64,000 bases of DNA from Shigella phage CT01. Below the pieces are notes generated by a model that was not told the DNA's origin, did not search any database, and worked only from the letters and a program-made list of their open reading frames with translations. The first letter of the stretch is position 1; each line of letters begins with the position of its first letter. Position numbers and translations under genes: made by a program. Location of the stretch: sequence record OK018184, one strand, 5' to 3'. Positions 9,589-19,563 of this stretch are shown piece after piece.

Positions 9589-10908
9589 TCATACATAAAA
9601 TACATCATAACGACCACGAGTGACACCAACATAAAGAAGCTGCTGAGCTAATTCAGCATCTGCATAATGAATACAAGGCGTATAAATGAAAGCACGGTCT
9701 ACAGACATACCCTGAGCTTTATGGAATGTTGATGCAGGAAGTGCTTTCACTTTACTGAACTGTGATTTAGCATCCCAAAAATCACTCCATGGAGCTTTTC
9801 CGCCTTTGTTCCAATTTTTATAAGTTTCTGCCGTTTTACCTAAAAATAGGTTAAACTTATATAGCTCTTCATCAGATGAAATTATTTTAATCTTTTCACG
9901 ATAATATTCATCATCGCCGTAAGTTTCTACTGTTAAATCCCAATGACGAATTAGATATTCTCCAGAAACACCACGAGCTTTAACAAACGTCGATGTATAC
10001 TCTGCTTCTATAATACGAACTAATTGTCCGTTATTAAAAATAATTTCTGACACAGGCTTTCCATCAATTTTATATGTTTTAATTAATGGTTCCTGCATTA
10101 CAATAATTTCACCGACAATAAAATCTTTATCAGTTTCAAAAATCTTTTTGCGAATAATGTTATTTAACTTATCAACAGATTTATTCGTAAATGCCATTAC
10201 ACGATTTTCAAACAAATCATCTAGTGATTTGACGATTGAAAAATAATTTACCATAAAATCGCGTAAAGCGGTATCACCAGTAAATCCACGTACTCCATGT
10301 CCGTCAACAATTTTATCATAAATCCACTTACCGTTACGAACATCAGTAGCTACATCAATAATAGGAGCATTACTGCGTTTAACTTCAGTGAGTTCACACT
10401 GATAAAAATCTTTGTGTGTAAAGAATGGACTGATATAAGCAGTATTTTCTCCTGGGTCAACAGGTCTAATTTGCTTATTATCGCCTATTCCAATTATAGT
10501 ACACCATGGCGGGATAGTTGAAAGCAGAATTTTAAATAGCTTTCTATCGTACATTGACACTTCGTCGCAGATTAATACTCTGCATTTAGCCAAATCCGGT
10601 ACTTCTTTTTGTTCAAAAAGAACGTTTTCTTCATATGTTACTGGGTTAATTTTGAGAATACTGTGAATAGTACTCGCTTCTTTCCCTGATAGTTTTGAAA
10701 GAATCTTTTTAGCTGCATGTGTAGGAGCTGCTAAAATAATGCCAGTTTCGCCCGTAGATATTAAAGCTTCAATGATGAACTTAGTAAGAGTAGTTTTACC
10801 AGTACCGGCAGGTCCATTAATAGTTACATGATGTTTCTTTTCTTTGATAGCCCTCATAACGATGTTAAAGGCATTTTTCTGACCTTCGGTCAAATCATCA
10901 AATGTCAT
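9589..10908 (-). CDS. dda: Dda DNA helicase (SF1B)
   Basis: 439 aa; Walker A GPAGTGKTT; length as T4 Dda. Confidence 0.9.
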   Translation of the reverse strand: MTFDDLTEGQKNAFNIVMRAIKEKKHHVTINGPAGTGKTTLTKFIIEALISTGETGIILAAPTHAAKKILSKLSGKEASTIHSILKINPVTYEENVLFEQKEVPDLAKCRVLICDEVSMYDRKLFKILLSTIPPWCTIIGIGDNKQIRPVDPGENTAYISPFFTHKDFYQCELTEVKRSNAPIIDVATDVRNGKWIYDKIVDGHGVRGFTGDTALRDFMVNYFSIVKSLDDLFENRVMAFTNKSVDKLNNIIRKKIFETDKDFIVGEIIVMQEPLIKTYKIDGKPVSEIIFNNGQLVRIIEAEYTSTFVKARGVSGEYLIRHWDLTVETYGDDEYYREKIKIISSDEELYKFNLFLGKTAETYKNWNKGGKAPWSDFWDAKSQFSKVKALPASTFHKAQGMSVDRAFIYTPCIHYADAELAQQLLYVGVTRGRYDVFYV

Positions 10909-11216
10909 CGTAAATTCCCTGCAATTGGTATACTAACAATACGCCCAGTATCTAAAATTCGCCTATATAATCTTTGTGTGTCTACATCAGGCTTAACATG
11001 TTTAACTTCTATTTTATTAAACCAAAACTTGCGTGGAGTCTCAACTAATCTCGGAATTCCCATACCTAAAGCTAGTCGATACTGCTCTTTAAGAGTAGTA
11101 AATACTTTATCAGCAATCTCCCTTTCAAAAAATACAGCAGGACGATGTTCATCAAGAGGAACAGGCACCGCAAATCCATCTTTATCTCTATACACTATCG
11201 CATATACATAAAACAT
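10905..11216 (-). CDS. hypothetical early protein (dda.1 position)
   Basis: 103-aa ORF with 4-nt overlap to dda. Confidence 0.5.
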   Translation of the reverse strand: MFYVYAIVYRDKDGFAVPVPLDEHRPAVFFEREIADKVFTTLKEQYRLALGMGIPRLVETPRKFWFNKIEVKHVKPDVDTQRLYRRILDTGRIVSIPIAGNLR

Positions 11217-11217
11217 A

Positions 11218-11964
11218 TTATCCTCGGATAAGTTTAAAAATTGAACAATTTAGCGGGTATCCTCTTTTCAGTTTAAGTTTATCAATAAAAGACAAGTTTT
11301 GATACCGCTCTACACCTTGAATAATTTTATCACACATATCATATTGCATTTCTGCTTCTGACAACTTTTTCACAGTTTTCCAATCCGAGCCTTTAAGAAG
11401 AACGTTCAGTTTAACAACTTCAGCGCCTTCTGCTATACGAGAACCATCAATACGAGCTTTGAGTGCTATAATCGTTAGCTTAATGTCAGATGTTTGTTTT
11501 GACTTAGAAAGCTGAGAAATGTGCTCAATTCGGTTTTCACGTTTTTTCTGTATAGCTTTAATTTGATTATAAGTCTTTTTGATTTTAGCCCATTTCTTTT
11601 CATCTAAATTTAGTTTATGAACTTTTTTCGCAGATGAACGACCAATTCGCAAAGCAAATAAATCACGCTTTTCAATCAACTCTTCTAAAGTATAATCAGA
11701 ACGAAATGTATTATACTTTTTCTTTACTGCAATAACATTCCCTTTAATGTATCCAACGTTATTATCAAAACGTTCTAATGATAATTTCTCTCCTTCAATA
11801 CGATTATCAAAAGGTTCTCCCGAGTAAGCGCAAACTTTCTGATCTAAAATGTTCTTAATGTAATTGAAGTCTAAGTTAAAATCTTTAGAACGTCTTTTGG
11901 CAGATGCCTGAGTATGCTCTAAACGACGTGTAATTTTACGAATTTGATTTTTAGACAGTTTCAT
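11218..11964 (-). CDS. srd: basic early protein, possibly Srd-like
   Basis: 248-aa lysine-rich ORF at the srd position upstream of modA/modB. Confidence 0.4.
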   Translation of the reverse strand: MKLSKNQIRKITRRLEHTQASAKRRSKDFNLDFNYIKNILDQKVCAYSGEPFDNRIEGEKLSLERFDNNVGYIKGNVIAVKKKYNTFRSDYTLEELIEKRDLFALRIGRSSAKKVHKLNLDEKKWAKIKKTYNQIKAIQKKRENRIEHISQLSKSKQTSDIKLTIIALKARIDGSRIAEGAEVVKLNVLLKGSDWKTVKKLSEAEMQYDMCDKIIQGVERYQNLSFIDKLKLKRGYPLNCSIFKLIRG

Positions 11965-11989
11965 ATTTTTCTCACGGACGGTTAACTAC

Positions 11990-12026
11990 TTATACTATAT
12001 CATTTTTACTTCAGCTTGTAAACAAC
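11990..12026 (-). promoter_or_regulatory. T4-type early promoter
   Basis: Reverse strand GTTTAC ... TATAGT (gtaaac 12018..12023). Confidence 0.5.
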
Positions 12027-12079
12027 TTTATGAAAAATGCTTTAAAACTTTCATGGTATAATGAATCTAAGTCCTTCCA

Positions 12080-12682
12080 TTATAGATTAAATCCTTCAAA
12101 ATCAAGAGTATAGATAGTGTATGTTGAATACTTTTTATATTCATATCTATCCGCAATTCTAAATACACTTCCAGCTGGTATCATTACTTCTTGTTCATCT
12201 GAAACTAATTCCATATTACGATAGCGATGGCTATCTGGAAACTTAAAACTTGGACTATATTCTTTACAACGTAGAGCTTTTATAGCATACTCCTGAAAAT
12301 TAAATACCATAGGAGCTTTGAATTCAAAAATAACTTGTGTATTGTATTCTAATCCAGAAGCAAAATGTAGAGCTATATTTTTATCATATGAAGCTGATAC
12401 TACTTTATCAAATGTAATAATATCAATTCCTTGATTTAATACCTGCTTAGTCTCAACTGGAACACCTCTCCAAAGAGGTTTATCGTTTGGAACCAAACGA
12501 GATTTGATTATTTCATTTAACCAAGAGTGGTCGTCTGGCTTATTAGTAATACAATGAATTAAAAGTTCAATTTCAGATAAATTGAATCCTTCAGAAAGTA
12601 ATTCTTCACGAATAGAAGCACGCGCTGATGCATCCATTGATTTGATTTTAAAATCTTTTAATTGCATTGCTGAATATTTCAT
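12080..12682 (-). CDS. modA: ADP-ribosyltransferase ModA
   Basis: 200-aa ORF, size and position as T4 ModA; paralog of the adjacent ORF. Confidence 0.7.
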   Translation of the reverse strand: MKYSAMQLKDFKIKSMDASARASIREELLSEGFNLSEIELLIHCITNKPDDHSWLNEIIKSRLVPNDKPLWRGVPVETKQVLNQGIDIITFDKVVSASYDKNIALHFASGLEYNTQVIFEFKAPMVFNFQEYAIKALRCKEYSPSFKFPDSHRYRNMELVSDEQEVMIPAGSVFRIADRYEYKKYSTYTIYTLDFEGFNL

Positions 12683-13302
12683 TCAACTACCTCAATATCA
12701 TACACTTTAAATGTTCCAAATGAATCGTGTAATTTTTCTTTTGAAATAGAAGTTATTTTATACTTTCCAATTGGAATCATCCATTCTTGTTCACGCACAA
12801 TCATCATTAAGTTATCAGTACGTTCTGAATCTAATCCATCAGTATCTTCATATGTATACTTAAACTCAGTATTAGGAGAAGAAAGTATAATATCGCTGAT
12901 ATGGTCAGAGTAATTAAAAGCTTTATCAGTTTTTAAGCGAAATATTATTTCAGTGAAATACTCAACATAAGAAAAACCACACGCTGTGTGCAAACTAGTA
13001 GTAAATGAATCTACCCTGTTCGTTGAAAACACTTCTCCAACTTGTAAATCTTTAATGAGTTCTTTTGTCGATTTTGATATACCACGATATAGCTGATAAG
13101 GTGATTTAGTTAAATGCTTTTTAACGATTTTATTCAATTGCCGGTGAAGAGCTTCATTCTTTTTGGCTTCCATACATTGCCAAAGAACTGACTGTTCAAA
13201 GTCAGTAAATTTTTCACAGACCTTTTTATACATATCATATTGAAAATCAACACTTTCAGCTTTTATAGATAACTGTTCAACATCTACAAGATTAATAATC
13301 AT
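12679..13302 (-). CDS. modB: ADP-ribosyltransferase ModB
   Basis: ORF 12679..13314 in the track; the internal ATG gives 207 aa as in T4 ModB. Confidence 0.65.
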   Translation of the reverse strand: MIINLVDVEQLSIKAESVDFQYDMYKKVCEKFTDFEQSVLWQCMEAKKNEALHRQLNKIVKKHLTKSPYQLYRGISKSTKELIKDLQVGEVFSTNRVDSFTTSLHTACGFSYVEYFTEIIFRLKTDKAFNYSDHISDIILSSPNTEFKYTYEDTDGLDSERTDNLMMIVREQEWMIPIGKYKITSISKEKLHDSFGTFKVYDIEVVE

Positions 13303-13326
13303 GATAGCCTCCATATACTTCAGAAG

Positions 13327-13361
13327 CTATCATATCATTGTTAGGAAGGAAAGTAAACAAC
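13327..13361 (-). promoter_or_regulatory. T4-type early promoter
   Basis: Reverse strand GTTTAC ... TATGAT (gtaaac 13353..13358). Confidence 0.45.
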
Positions 13362-13369
13362 TTTTTGAA

Positions 13370-13552
13370 TTATTTTGCCCAGGGAGCCCAGGGCGGAGGG
13401 TCAAGATGGTATGAAGCTAGTTCTTCTAGAAGAGCATCTGGGGCTTCAATTCCATAATTCTGTAATACTATACGGTACTCTTTCTTATAATCACTAGAAT
13501 CATTCTGGATATTCGTAGAATGATTATCTTCTAACATCTCAAATAAATCCAT
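13370..13552 (-). CDS. hypothetical small early protein
   Basis: 60-aa ORF. Confidence 0.4.
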   Translation of the reverse strand: MDLFEMLEDNHSTNIQNDSSDYKKEYRIVLQNYGIEAPDALLEELASYHLDPPPWAPWAK

Positions 13553-13560
13553 ATTAATTC

Positions 13561-14043
13561 CTAGCGATAAAAACCAAAATAACGATTAGCTTCAATAATT
13601 TTTCTTTCTTCTTCGGACATTCTCCAGCGTAGTCCAACATCAAAATGAGCCCAGACCATCTTAACAAATGCATTTATATCTTTAATATCTTCAATAATGA
13701 ATGTTTTACTTTTAGAAGGTTGACCTGCTAAATTAAGTGCTAATTTAACTTTATCGTCTTCAAATAGGTCAAAAAGACCATATTCATGAGCTCTTTTATA
13801 GCCTTTGATAGTTAAAGCCTCAGAAGAAGAAAATGGTGAATCAGTATGCTGCAAAATATCTTCAGTATGCTTTATAATTAGAATAACATTTTCTGGGTAT
13901 TTTCTTTCTTTTATATCTTTAATTAAAATATCCGGATTTTCTGCCAAAGGAATAATTAATGAGCACTTTTTATCAAGTGTATTTACTGATTTACCTTCTT
14001 TAGACATAAATTCTATTGAATATAGTTTTGCTACTTCAATCAT
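13561..14043 (-). CDS. hypothetical early protein (mrh region)
   Basis: 160-aa ORF. Confidence 0.5.
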   Translation of the reverse strand: MIEVAKLYSIEFMSKEGKSVNTLDKKCSLIIPLAENPDILIKDIKERKYPENVILIIKHTEDILQHTDSPFSSSEALTIKGYKRAHEYGLFDLFEDDKVKLALNLAGQPSKSKTFIIEDIKDINAFVKMVWAHFDVGLRWRMSEEERKIIEANRYFGFYR

Positions 14044-14196
14044 GTAATTTCCTCTTGCCTACTAACGGGCCGTCAGGAATTTTGTTTTCCTGGATATATT
14101 TCTCATTTTCTTCCATCATTTTACTGCCAATTTTAAGAAGCAAATCCAATGCTTCATTTGCTTTAGCCTTGGCCTCTTCTAGCTTCATATCTCTGT

Positions 14197-14400
14197 TCAC
14201 GATTTATCCCCATAGATGTCTCTCATCAATTTAAGCGCTGAGCGTTCTAATTTCTTTTCTTTCTCAGCACTAATCATTGATTTCATCCATTCTTCCGATT
14301 CGTTCTGCATTTCTTTATTTGCTTGTTCAACCCAACCATCATCAATGTACATTGAGTTTGGTCTACTGAACCATTCAAACATTTTCTTCAGAACTTTCAT
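14197..14400 (-). CDS. hypothetical small early protein
   Basis: 67-aa ORF. Confidence 0.4.
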   Translation of the reverse strand: MKVLKKMFEWFSRPNSMYIDDGWVEQANKEMQNESEEWMKSMISAEKEKKLERSALKLMRDIYGDKS

Positions 14401-14872
14401 TTATTTTACCTAAAACAACAGTAGGAGCATCATCAAATTTATGAATTTTTAGCAAATTTGGATTTAAATTATTCCATAAAGAGGTAATAAAATATGATAG
14501 CGCATTTTCTTCCGTAATTATAAATTTATTTCCCTTATCTATTTTCCAGTCATATATTGAATCATATGAATATAATGGCAATGGTTTATTGTTATAATAT
14601 GATTCAGCAACATCAATATAGTTAGATTTAGTAAATGCTTGAATTGACATAAATGGAGAATTTCGTACAGTTTCAATAATTCCGATCTTTTTAAGTTTTA
14701 TTTCAACATCTTCTGGAACTGGCATTGAAATAAAATCTTCTACTAGATACATGTTATTATCATATCTTTTATCAATCATTACTGCTACTGTAATTGGAAT
14801 ATCTTTAGCAAACGCCATGCTATCACTGCTAATATACATTTCAAACAAAATCGCTTCCATAATTTTCCTCAA
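14375..14872 (-). CDS. hypothetical early protein
   Basis: 165-aa ORF. Confidence 0.5.
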   Translation of the reverse strand: MRKIMEAILFEMYISSDSMAFAKDIPITVAVMIDKRYDNNMYLVEDFISMPVPEDVEIKLKKIGIIETVRNSPFMSIQAFTKSNYIDVAESYYNNKPLPLYSYDSIYDWKIDKGNKFIITEENALSYFITSLWNNLNPNLLKIHKFDDAPTVVLGKINESSEENV

Positions 14873-15060
14873 TCACAAGATGTAGATGAACAACTAGAAT
14901 CGCAAGAACTTCCACACGAATCGCCCGTCCATACATGAACAGGAACATTAGTGTCATATGAATCAGAACTAGACTGTGTATTCTGCGTATTAGATGATGT
15001 AGTAGGTGTTGACCAGCGCCAAGGATTTTTATAATATTCTTGGGCTTCTTCATAAGTCAT
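14869..15060 (-). CDS. small Ser/Cys-rich protein
   Basis: 63-aa ORF ending [15 protein letters not shown]; competes with the overlapping ORF 14841..15053 in another frame. Confidence 0.35.
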   Translation of the reverse strand: MTYEEAQEYYKNPWRWSTPTTSSNTQNTQSSSDSYDTNVPVHVWTGDSCGSSCDSSCSSTSCD

Positions 15061-15208
15061 AGTAACTGCTTCTACTGTTCCATCTCCATATAAACATATT
15101 CAACTACAGTTAAAGGAAGGTAGTCGTTTGAAATAGGAACTACACCTTCTCCAGGAGTTGTAGAGAAAAAATCTGTAAAGAAGCTTTTAAACCAATTAAA
15201 GATAAACA

Positions 15209-15415
15209 TTACAAAAAGCCTCTCTTGAATTCAACTTGCTTCTCGCCATAATCATATCGAATCTCTGCATTAAATTCGACAGAACCATCTGCGTACATCA
15301 TAAATGAATGCACAACAACTTCTGTAGACCATGGCTGCAGTTCATATTTCTTCATTACATGCCGTGAAATGATAATATCTAAATCTTCATTTGGTTTAAT
15401 CCAACGATTTAACAT
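15209..15415 (-). CDS. hypothetical small early protein
   Basis: 68-aa ORF downstream of an early promoter. Confidence 0.5.
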   Translation of the reverse strand: MLNRWIKPNEDLDIIISRHVMKKYELQPWSTEVVVHSFMMYADGSVEFNAEIRYDYGEKQVEFKRGFL

Positions 15416-15439
15416 AGTGCTCTCCTCTATAAGATAATT

Positions 15440-15475
15440 CTATTATACCATACTCATTTTGGAAAGTAAACCAGT
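15440..15475 (-). promoter_or_regulatory. T4-type early promoter
   Basis: Reverse strand GTTTAC-18 nt-TATAAT (gtaaac 15467..15472, attata 15443..15448). Confidence 0.6.
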
Positions 15476-15487
15476 AAAATGAAAAAA

Positions 15488-15507
15488 GGACTCCCGGAGG
15501 AGTCCTT
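15488..15507 (-). terminator. tetraloop hairpin downstream of soc
   Basis: aggactcc-cgga-ggagtcct inverted repeat. Confidence 0.4.
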
Positions 15508-15513
15508 GAATTA

Positions 15514-15750
15514 TTAACCACCTATTTCTGTAGGCGTAAACATTGCAGCATTCTTAGTTTTCCAAGTTGCTGCATCGGAAACTACATCAGAATAAGCTGC
15601 TTTTTCTGACGGAAAGATTTGATAATGAGAATCTGCAATACGGTGTTCATTTGAATATACATCAAATGCTACAGAAACTTCCATACCTTTAACTTCTTTG
15701 CCTTCACCTGCTGGATGAGTAAAGGTCTTGATGTTAACGAAACCACCCAT
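15514..15750 (-). CDS. soc: small outer capsid protein Soc
   Basis: 78 aa; GFVNIKTF...VSVAF...HYQIFPSEKAAYS closely resembles T4 Soc. Confidence 0.8.
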   Translation of the reverse strand: MGGFVNIKTFTHPAGEGKEVKGMEVSVAFDVYSNEHRIADSHYQIFPSEKAAYSDVVSDAATWKTKNAAMFTPTEIGG

Positions 15751-15959
15751 AATAAACTCCTTTATTGTTTAATTACAGGTGTATTTATATCAGTCTTCAA
15801 TGAAAACTTGTGCTAGGAATTCGTGTTCATCATGAATTTGTTTATATAAAGCCATTACAGCATTTATATTAGAGCTATCTACTTTAAGTTGATAGGCATA
15901 CCACTCGTGTAAATTAATTAAAGCTTTTTGTCGTCTAATAAATTCTTCTTTGGATATTT

Positions 15960-16160
15960 TCATTTTGAATGCTCTATAATTAATTTTAAGGCTTCTTTAC
16001 TGACAAAAATTTCATCAAGACCTTCTTCTACACCCCAATCAACTGCACGAAGCTGATTAGATAAGAGCTCACATACGAGCTCCTTGTCATAATTTTTAAA
16101 TAGCTGGTCAATACGTTTCTTGTGGGCTTTCTTAAGTTGGCGTTTATTTAAACGAGCCAT
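15960..16160 (-). CDS. hypothetical small basic protein
   Basis: 66-aa ORF; stop overlaps the gene 56 region. Confidence 0.4.
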   Translation of the reverse strand: MARLNKRQLKKAHKKRIDQLFKNYDKELVCELLSNQLRAVDWGVEEGLDEIFVSKEALKLIIEHSK

Positions 16161-16678
16161 TAATAACCTCGGTCTTGACGAGCGAAGTTTTCAGCATTTT
16201 TCAGATAATAAAGTTTAAAGATTTCTTCAGCCGTAAGACCGAGACCTTGGAACATGTTCAGAACGAAATGAAGAATATCAATCATTTCGAATTTAATTTC
16301 CAACTGGTCCTGTGGAGACAAATCAGTAATTAGAGTTTCACGGCGTTCACCATGCTGAGCTTTCCAAGGCTTCCATACAGCAGATGCATCTTTTTCACCA
16401 TTGCTCATACCACCAAGAGAAGTCAGAAGTTCACGGAATTCATCATCAATGTAATCTTTCTGATTACGCAGCCAATCAACAACTTCACCTGCAGTAGCCA
16501 AATCATCAGGATGACGGTTATATTCAGGTTTATCTTTAGCTAAACGAACCTGCAAAGATTTCTGCATATCAAGCATAACCTGCAGCGGGTCTTTTTCATC
16601 ACCGAGAATATCCCAGTATTCATTTTGAGCTTTATCAGCGCCTTCGATCAGTTGTGAACATTCATTAAAGTAAGCCAT
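16160..16678 (-). CDS. 56: dCTP pyrophosphatase gp56 (MazG-like)
   Basis: ORF 16160..16771 in the track; start at MAYFNECSQL gives about 172 aa as in T4 gp56. Confidence 0.8.
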   Translation of the reverse strand: MAYFNECSQLIEGADKAQNEYWDILGDEKDPLQVMLDMQKSLQVRLAKDKPEYNRHPDDLATAGEVVDWLRNQKDYIDDEFRELLTSLGGMSNGEKDASAVWKPWKAQHGERRETLITDLSPQDQLEIKFEMIDILHFVLNMFQGLGLTAEEIFKLYYLKNAENFARQDRGY

Positions 16679-16749
16679 TATTTTTCCTTTCAATTCATGA
16701 GTTAGTAGATTAATTATACAATAAATATATAAAGCAATAAGGAGGACAT

Positions 16750-16950
16750 ATGGTACAAAAATTAATGGCACTTGTTAATGCCATCAAAGGTAATAAAAAA
16801 CGTATAGCTTTTACTATTTCTGCTATGATAGGAATTTTACTTTGGAATTTTGTTTTATCGCCAGTTGCTATTGCTCATGGCGTTAGTATTCCAGTAATTA
16901 CTCTTGATACATTCGTAGATTTAGCATTTGCTTTAGTTGGGTTAATTTAA
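16750..16950 (+). CDS. plus-strand small hydrophobic protein (66 aa) in the 56-61 intergenic region
   Basis: Strong SD taaggaggacatATG; hydrophobic sequence; the only plus-strand ORF here with a credible RBS. Confidence 0.35.
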   Translation: MVQKLMALVNAIKGNKKRIAFTISAMIGILLWNFVLSPVAIAHGVSIPVITLDTFVDLAFALVGLI

Positions 16951-17975
16951 ATCTTAGCATATTTAGATAGCCGCATTTTAGCCATCAACCCCTGGGCAAT
17001 ATTATTTTTCATATATTCCATAATTTGTTCAGGGGTTGCACCTTCCTTTCTAATCATATCATTAACATCTTTTGATTTCCAGGGAGATTTGTCCCAAAAC
17101 ATAACCCTTTCTCCTGCATCAACTAATTTAGTCATTCGTTTAATAGTATCAGGGTGACGAGGTTCATTATCTAAAACCCATACACGTCTATTTTTAAATG
17201 GAACAATTTCTAGGTCTAATTGACCACCCGTAATAGCTATACCATTTTCAATAAAAAGTGAATCTATAGGTCCTTCTAGAACATATACATCACCATCTTT
17301 AACTCGTTCAACACCATAGATTTTTGTTGCCTCAGGATAAGCTTTGATGGTGATATATTTTTGAGGAGCATCTTTCTTTAATGCACGTCCTTGAAAAGAC
17401 TCAGCTTTTCCATTAGCATTATAAATTGGAATAACAAGACGAGGCTCAGGTATTTCCTTTTTGTATGTTCCTGGTGCTATGCTATTAACTAATTTAGGCC
17501 ATTCGGTTGTAAACCAAAGATATTTCCATTTATCCTTTGGAATACAGCGAGCTTTTACATATTTTATAATTGGATGGTCTTCCGCCAATTTATCTAATCT
17601 AATGCATGACGGAAGAGATTTAATTATTTTCTTCTCAGGTTGTTTAGGAAGTTCTTTAGGTTTTTCTACTGGACGACTTTTACCTTTTTCTTTTCTTATT
17701 TCAAAGATATACTCACGATATAAATCGGGTTCAAACTCCTTTAAATATATTCCGATTGGTGCATGATAGTTGCAGTTATAACAATGAATATTTCCTTCAT
17801 TATTATCGCCATAATACCATCCACGGGCTTTATTTTGGTCGGTTTTTGAATCTCCACAAACAGGGCATCTAAACCGCAATTTAAAAGTTGAACTATTATT
17901 TACTTGTGTGAATTTAGGTAAATGAGCCAATGCACGGTATGCAAACTCATTATCAATCCAAGGTATTGATGACAT
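16947..17975 (-). CDS. 61: DNA primase gp61
   Basis: 342 aa; zinc-finger CPVCGDS...CYNC; length as T4 gp61. Confidence 0.9.
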   Translation of the reverse strand: MSSIPWIDNEFAYRALAHLPKFTQVNNSSTFKLRFRCPVCGDSKTDQNKARGWYYGDNNEGNIHCYNCNYHAPIGIYLKEFEPDLYREYIFEIRKEKGKSRPVEKPKELPKQPEKKIIKSLPSCIRLDKLAEDHPIIKYVKARCIPKDKWKYLWFTTEWPKLVNSIAPGTYKKEIPEPRLVIPIYNANGKAESFQGRALKKDAPQKYITIKAYPEATKIYGVERVKDGDVYVLEGPIDSLFIENGIAITGGQLDLEIVPFKNRRVWVLDNEPRHPDTIKRMTKLVDAGERVMFWDKSPWKSKDVNDMIRKEGATPEQIMEYMKNNIAQGLMAKMRLSKYAKI

Positions 17976-17977
17976 TT

Positions 17978-18143
17978 TTACTCTTCTTTTTCTTTAGATT
18001 CCTCTTTTTTCTTTTTAGGAATCTGTTCAGGACCTTTATTTACTACAGCGCCTGATGTTGTTCCAGTGGAGATATTTTCAGGATTACCACCTGAATCTCC
18101 AGCTACCATATCTTCTTTGATAAATTCTTTATATGTTTTCATA
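17978..18143 (-). CDS. small acidic/basic protein (61.1 position)
   Basis: 54-aa ORF MKTYKEFIKEDMVAGDSGGNPEN... translated by hand; below the ORF-track size cutoff. Confidence 0.45.
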
Positions 18144-18458
18144 TTAACCTCTATTCATAAAAGCATTAAAAATTTGGTCATCAATAGACTGTTTTTCTGA
18201 TGGTAATTCATATCCACATATTACAATTTTGTGATCAATATCAAAATACACAGAAGCAATATGATTAATGATGTTTTCAGTAAAATCTAAATCAACATCA
18301 ATATCTTTTTGACCGCAACCCAAAGGATAAATAATGCGAGTAATTCGATTATCTTTAACAAAGATTCCACCGACATACTCTGTGCTGCGTTTAAAGTCTA
18401 CACGCCGACGAAATGAAAAATATTCAGGCTCTTTATGAGCTCGGCTCATAGGACACAA
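18144..18458 (-). CDS. hypothetical early protein
   Basis: 104-aa ORF. Confidence 0.5.
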   Translation of the reverse strand: MCPMSRAHKEPEYFSFRRRVDFKRSTEYVGGIFVKDNRITRIIYPLGCGQKDIDVDLDFTENIINHIASVYFDIDHKIVICGYELPSEKQSIDDQIFNAFMNRG

Positions 18459-18487
18459 CGAGTAACTAGAATAAGAGATGTCAAATC

Positions 18488-18706
18488 CTACACCAAGTCC
18501 ATTAGATTATAATATGTAAAAGGCACCGGATTAACATCATTAGTCACAAGCACGTAATTAGCAACTGCTATAATTTCGTTGTTTTTAACGAATACAAACC
18601 GCGATTGATGCGAATGACCTGGACCTGCGTTTTCGCGATTAATGATATAACACTGGGCACCTTTATATTTGTACGTGTCTTTGCACTTGTGCATTTGATA
18701 AAGCAT
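18488..18706 (-). CDS. hypothetical early protein
   Basis: 72-aa ORF. Confidence 0.45.
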   Translation of the reverse strand: MLYQMHKCKDTYKYKGAQCYIINRENAGPGHSHQSRFVFVKNNEIIAVANYVLVTNDVNPVPFTYYNLMDLV

Positions 18707-18999
18707 TATTCACCTACCACTTCAGCGATGATATTTTTATTATTGAAGTTTTTATCACAATACAGAACGTAATTATACTGCATTACACCACCAGACTTAA
18801 GCTGTTTTTGCACTTCAGCTTTCATTTCAGGACGATCACGCTCAACGATATTCATAATATCTGCTTCAATTTGAGTTTCAACTTCAGTCTGATCTGCAGT
18901 CATAGACCATTCACACAAGTCTTTATCATAACCTGCCATAGCAGGCTGAGCAGCGCAAGAAGATAAAGCAAAAATTGCAGCAAAGATAAATTTTTTCAT
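18706..18999 (-). CDS. sp: periplasmic Spackle protein
   Basis: 97 aa with signal peptide MKKFIFAAIFALSSCAAQPAMA; size and position as T4 Sp. Confidence 0.7.
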   Translation of the reverse strand: MKKFIFAAIFALSSCAAQPAMAGYDKDLCEWSMTADQTEVETQIEADIMNIVERDRPEMKAEVQKQLKSGGVMQYNYVLYCDKNFNNKNIIAEVVGE

Positions 19000-19059
19000 A
19001 ATAATCTCCTCAGTAGTTTATGTTTATATAATATCTCATTTTCCAATAAAAGTAAACAG

Positions 19060-19359
19060 TTATTTTAAAACTTCTGTATAATCACACGTTACAAACTGTT
19101 TCTCTAACTTGACGATTTTACGAAAGTATCTTTTGCATTGGCGAATCTGCCGCTTTGTAGGGCGCACAGCAAACTTAATAAATTCCACTCGACCAAATGG
19201 AGGGCTTTCTTCTGCTGGAATATCTAATACCAATTCCCACGTATCTGCGATAAGTGCTTTGAATTGAGTATTTTTCCTGACGTTATACGGAGTAGGTTTA
19301 AATAAAACAATATGCATATTATCCTCGGCAATCCACTTCGCATACTTTCTTGTCATCAA
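19060..19359 (-). CDS. hypothetical early protein (61.4 position)
   Basis: 99-aa ORF. Confidence 0.5.
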   Translation of the reverse strand: MMTRKYAKWIAEDNMHIVLFKPTPYNVRKNTQFKALIADTWELVLDIPAEESPPFGRVEFIKFAVRPTKRQIRQCKRYFRKIVKLEKQFVTCDYTEVLK

Positions 19360-19501
19360 TGAAAGCTTTAACTAGCGCTTTATTAACTTCAGCATATTGA
19401 GTAGTAGCCCATTGAACGTCATCTTTCATCATTGTGATTTCTTTAGTAAACATGCTTTCATTCTTAAACCACCCCATAAAAACTACCTTTACTAATTCCA
19501 T
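19319..19501 (-). CDS. dmd: Dmd antitoxin (inhibitor of RnlA/LsoA toxins)
   Basis: 60-aa ORF immediately upstream of 61.x and downstream of gene 41, size as T4 Dmd. Confidence 0.6.
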   Translation of the reverse strand: MELVKVVFMGWFKNESMFTKEITMMKDDVQWATTQYAEVNKALVKAFIDDKKVCEVDCRG

Positions 19502-19527
19502 AACAATCTCCTCATTTAACCAACAAG

Positions 19528-19563
19528 ACTACTATACCATAGTCTTGTCGGCTTGTAAACTAA
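19528..19563 (-). promoter_or_regulatory. T4-type early promoter
   Basis: Reverse strand GTTTAC ... TATAGT (gtaaac 19555..19560). Confidence 0.5.

Noticed and set aside
11218-11964. Possible HNH homing endonuclease (CAYSGEP...GYIKGNVIAV motif) in the srd-position ORF
   Set aside because: The spacing and residues do not fit a convincing HNH or GIY-YIG signature; I found no homing endonuclease (mob or seg type) with confidence in the window.
14841-15053. His/Leu-rich 70-aa ORF overlapping 14869..15060
   Set aside because: Alternative frame of the same region; low-complexity composition; not resolved without expression data.
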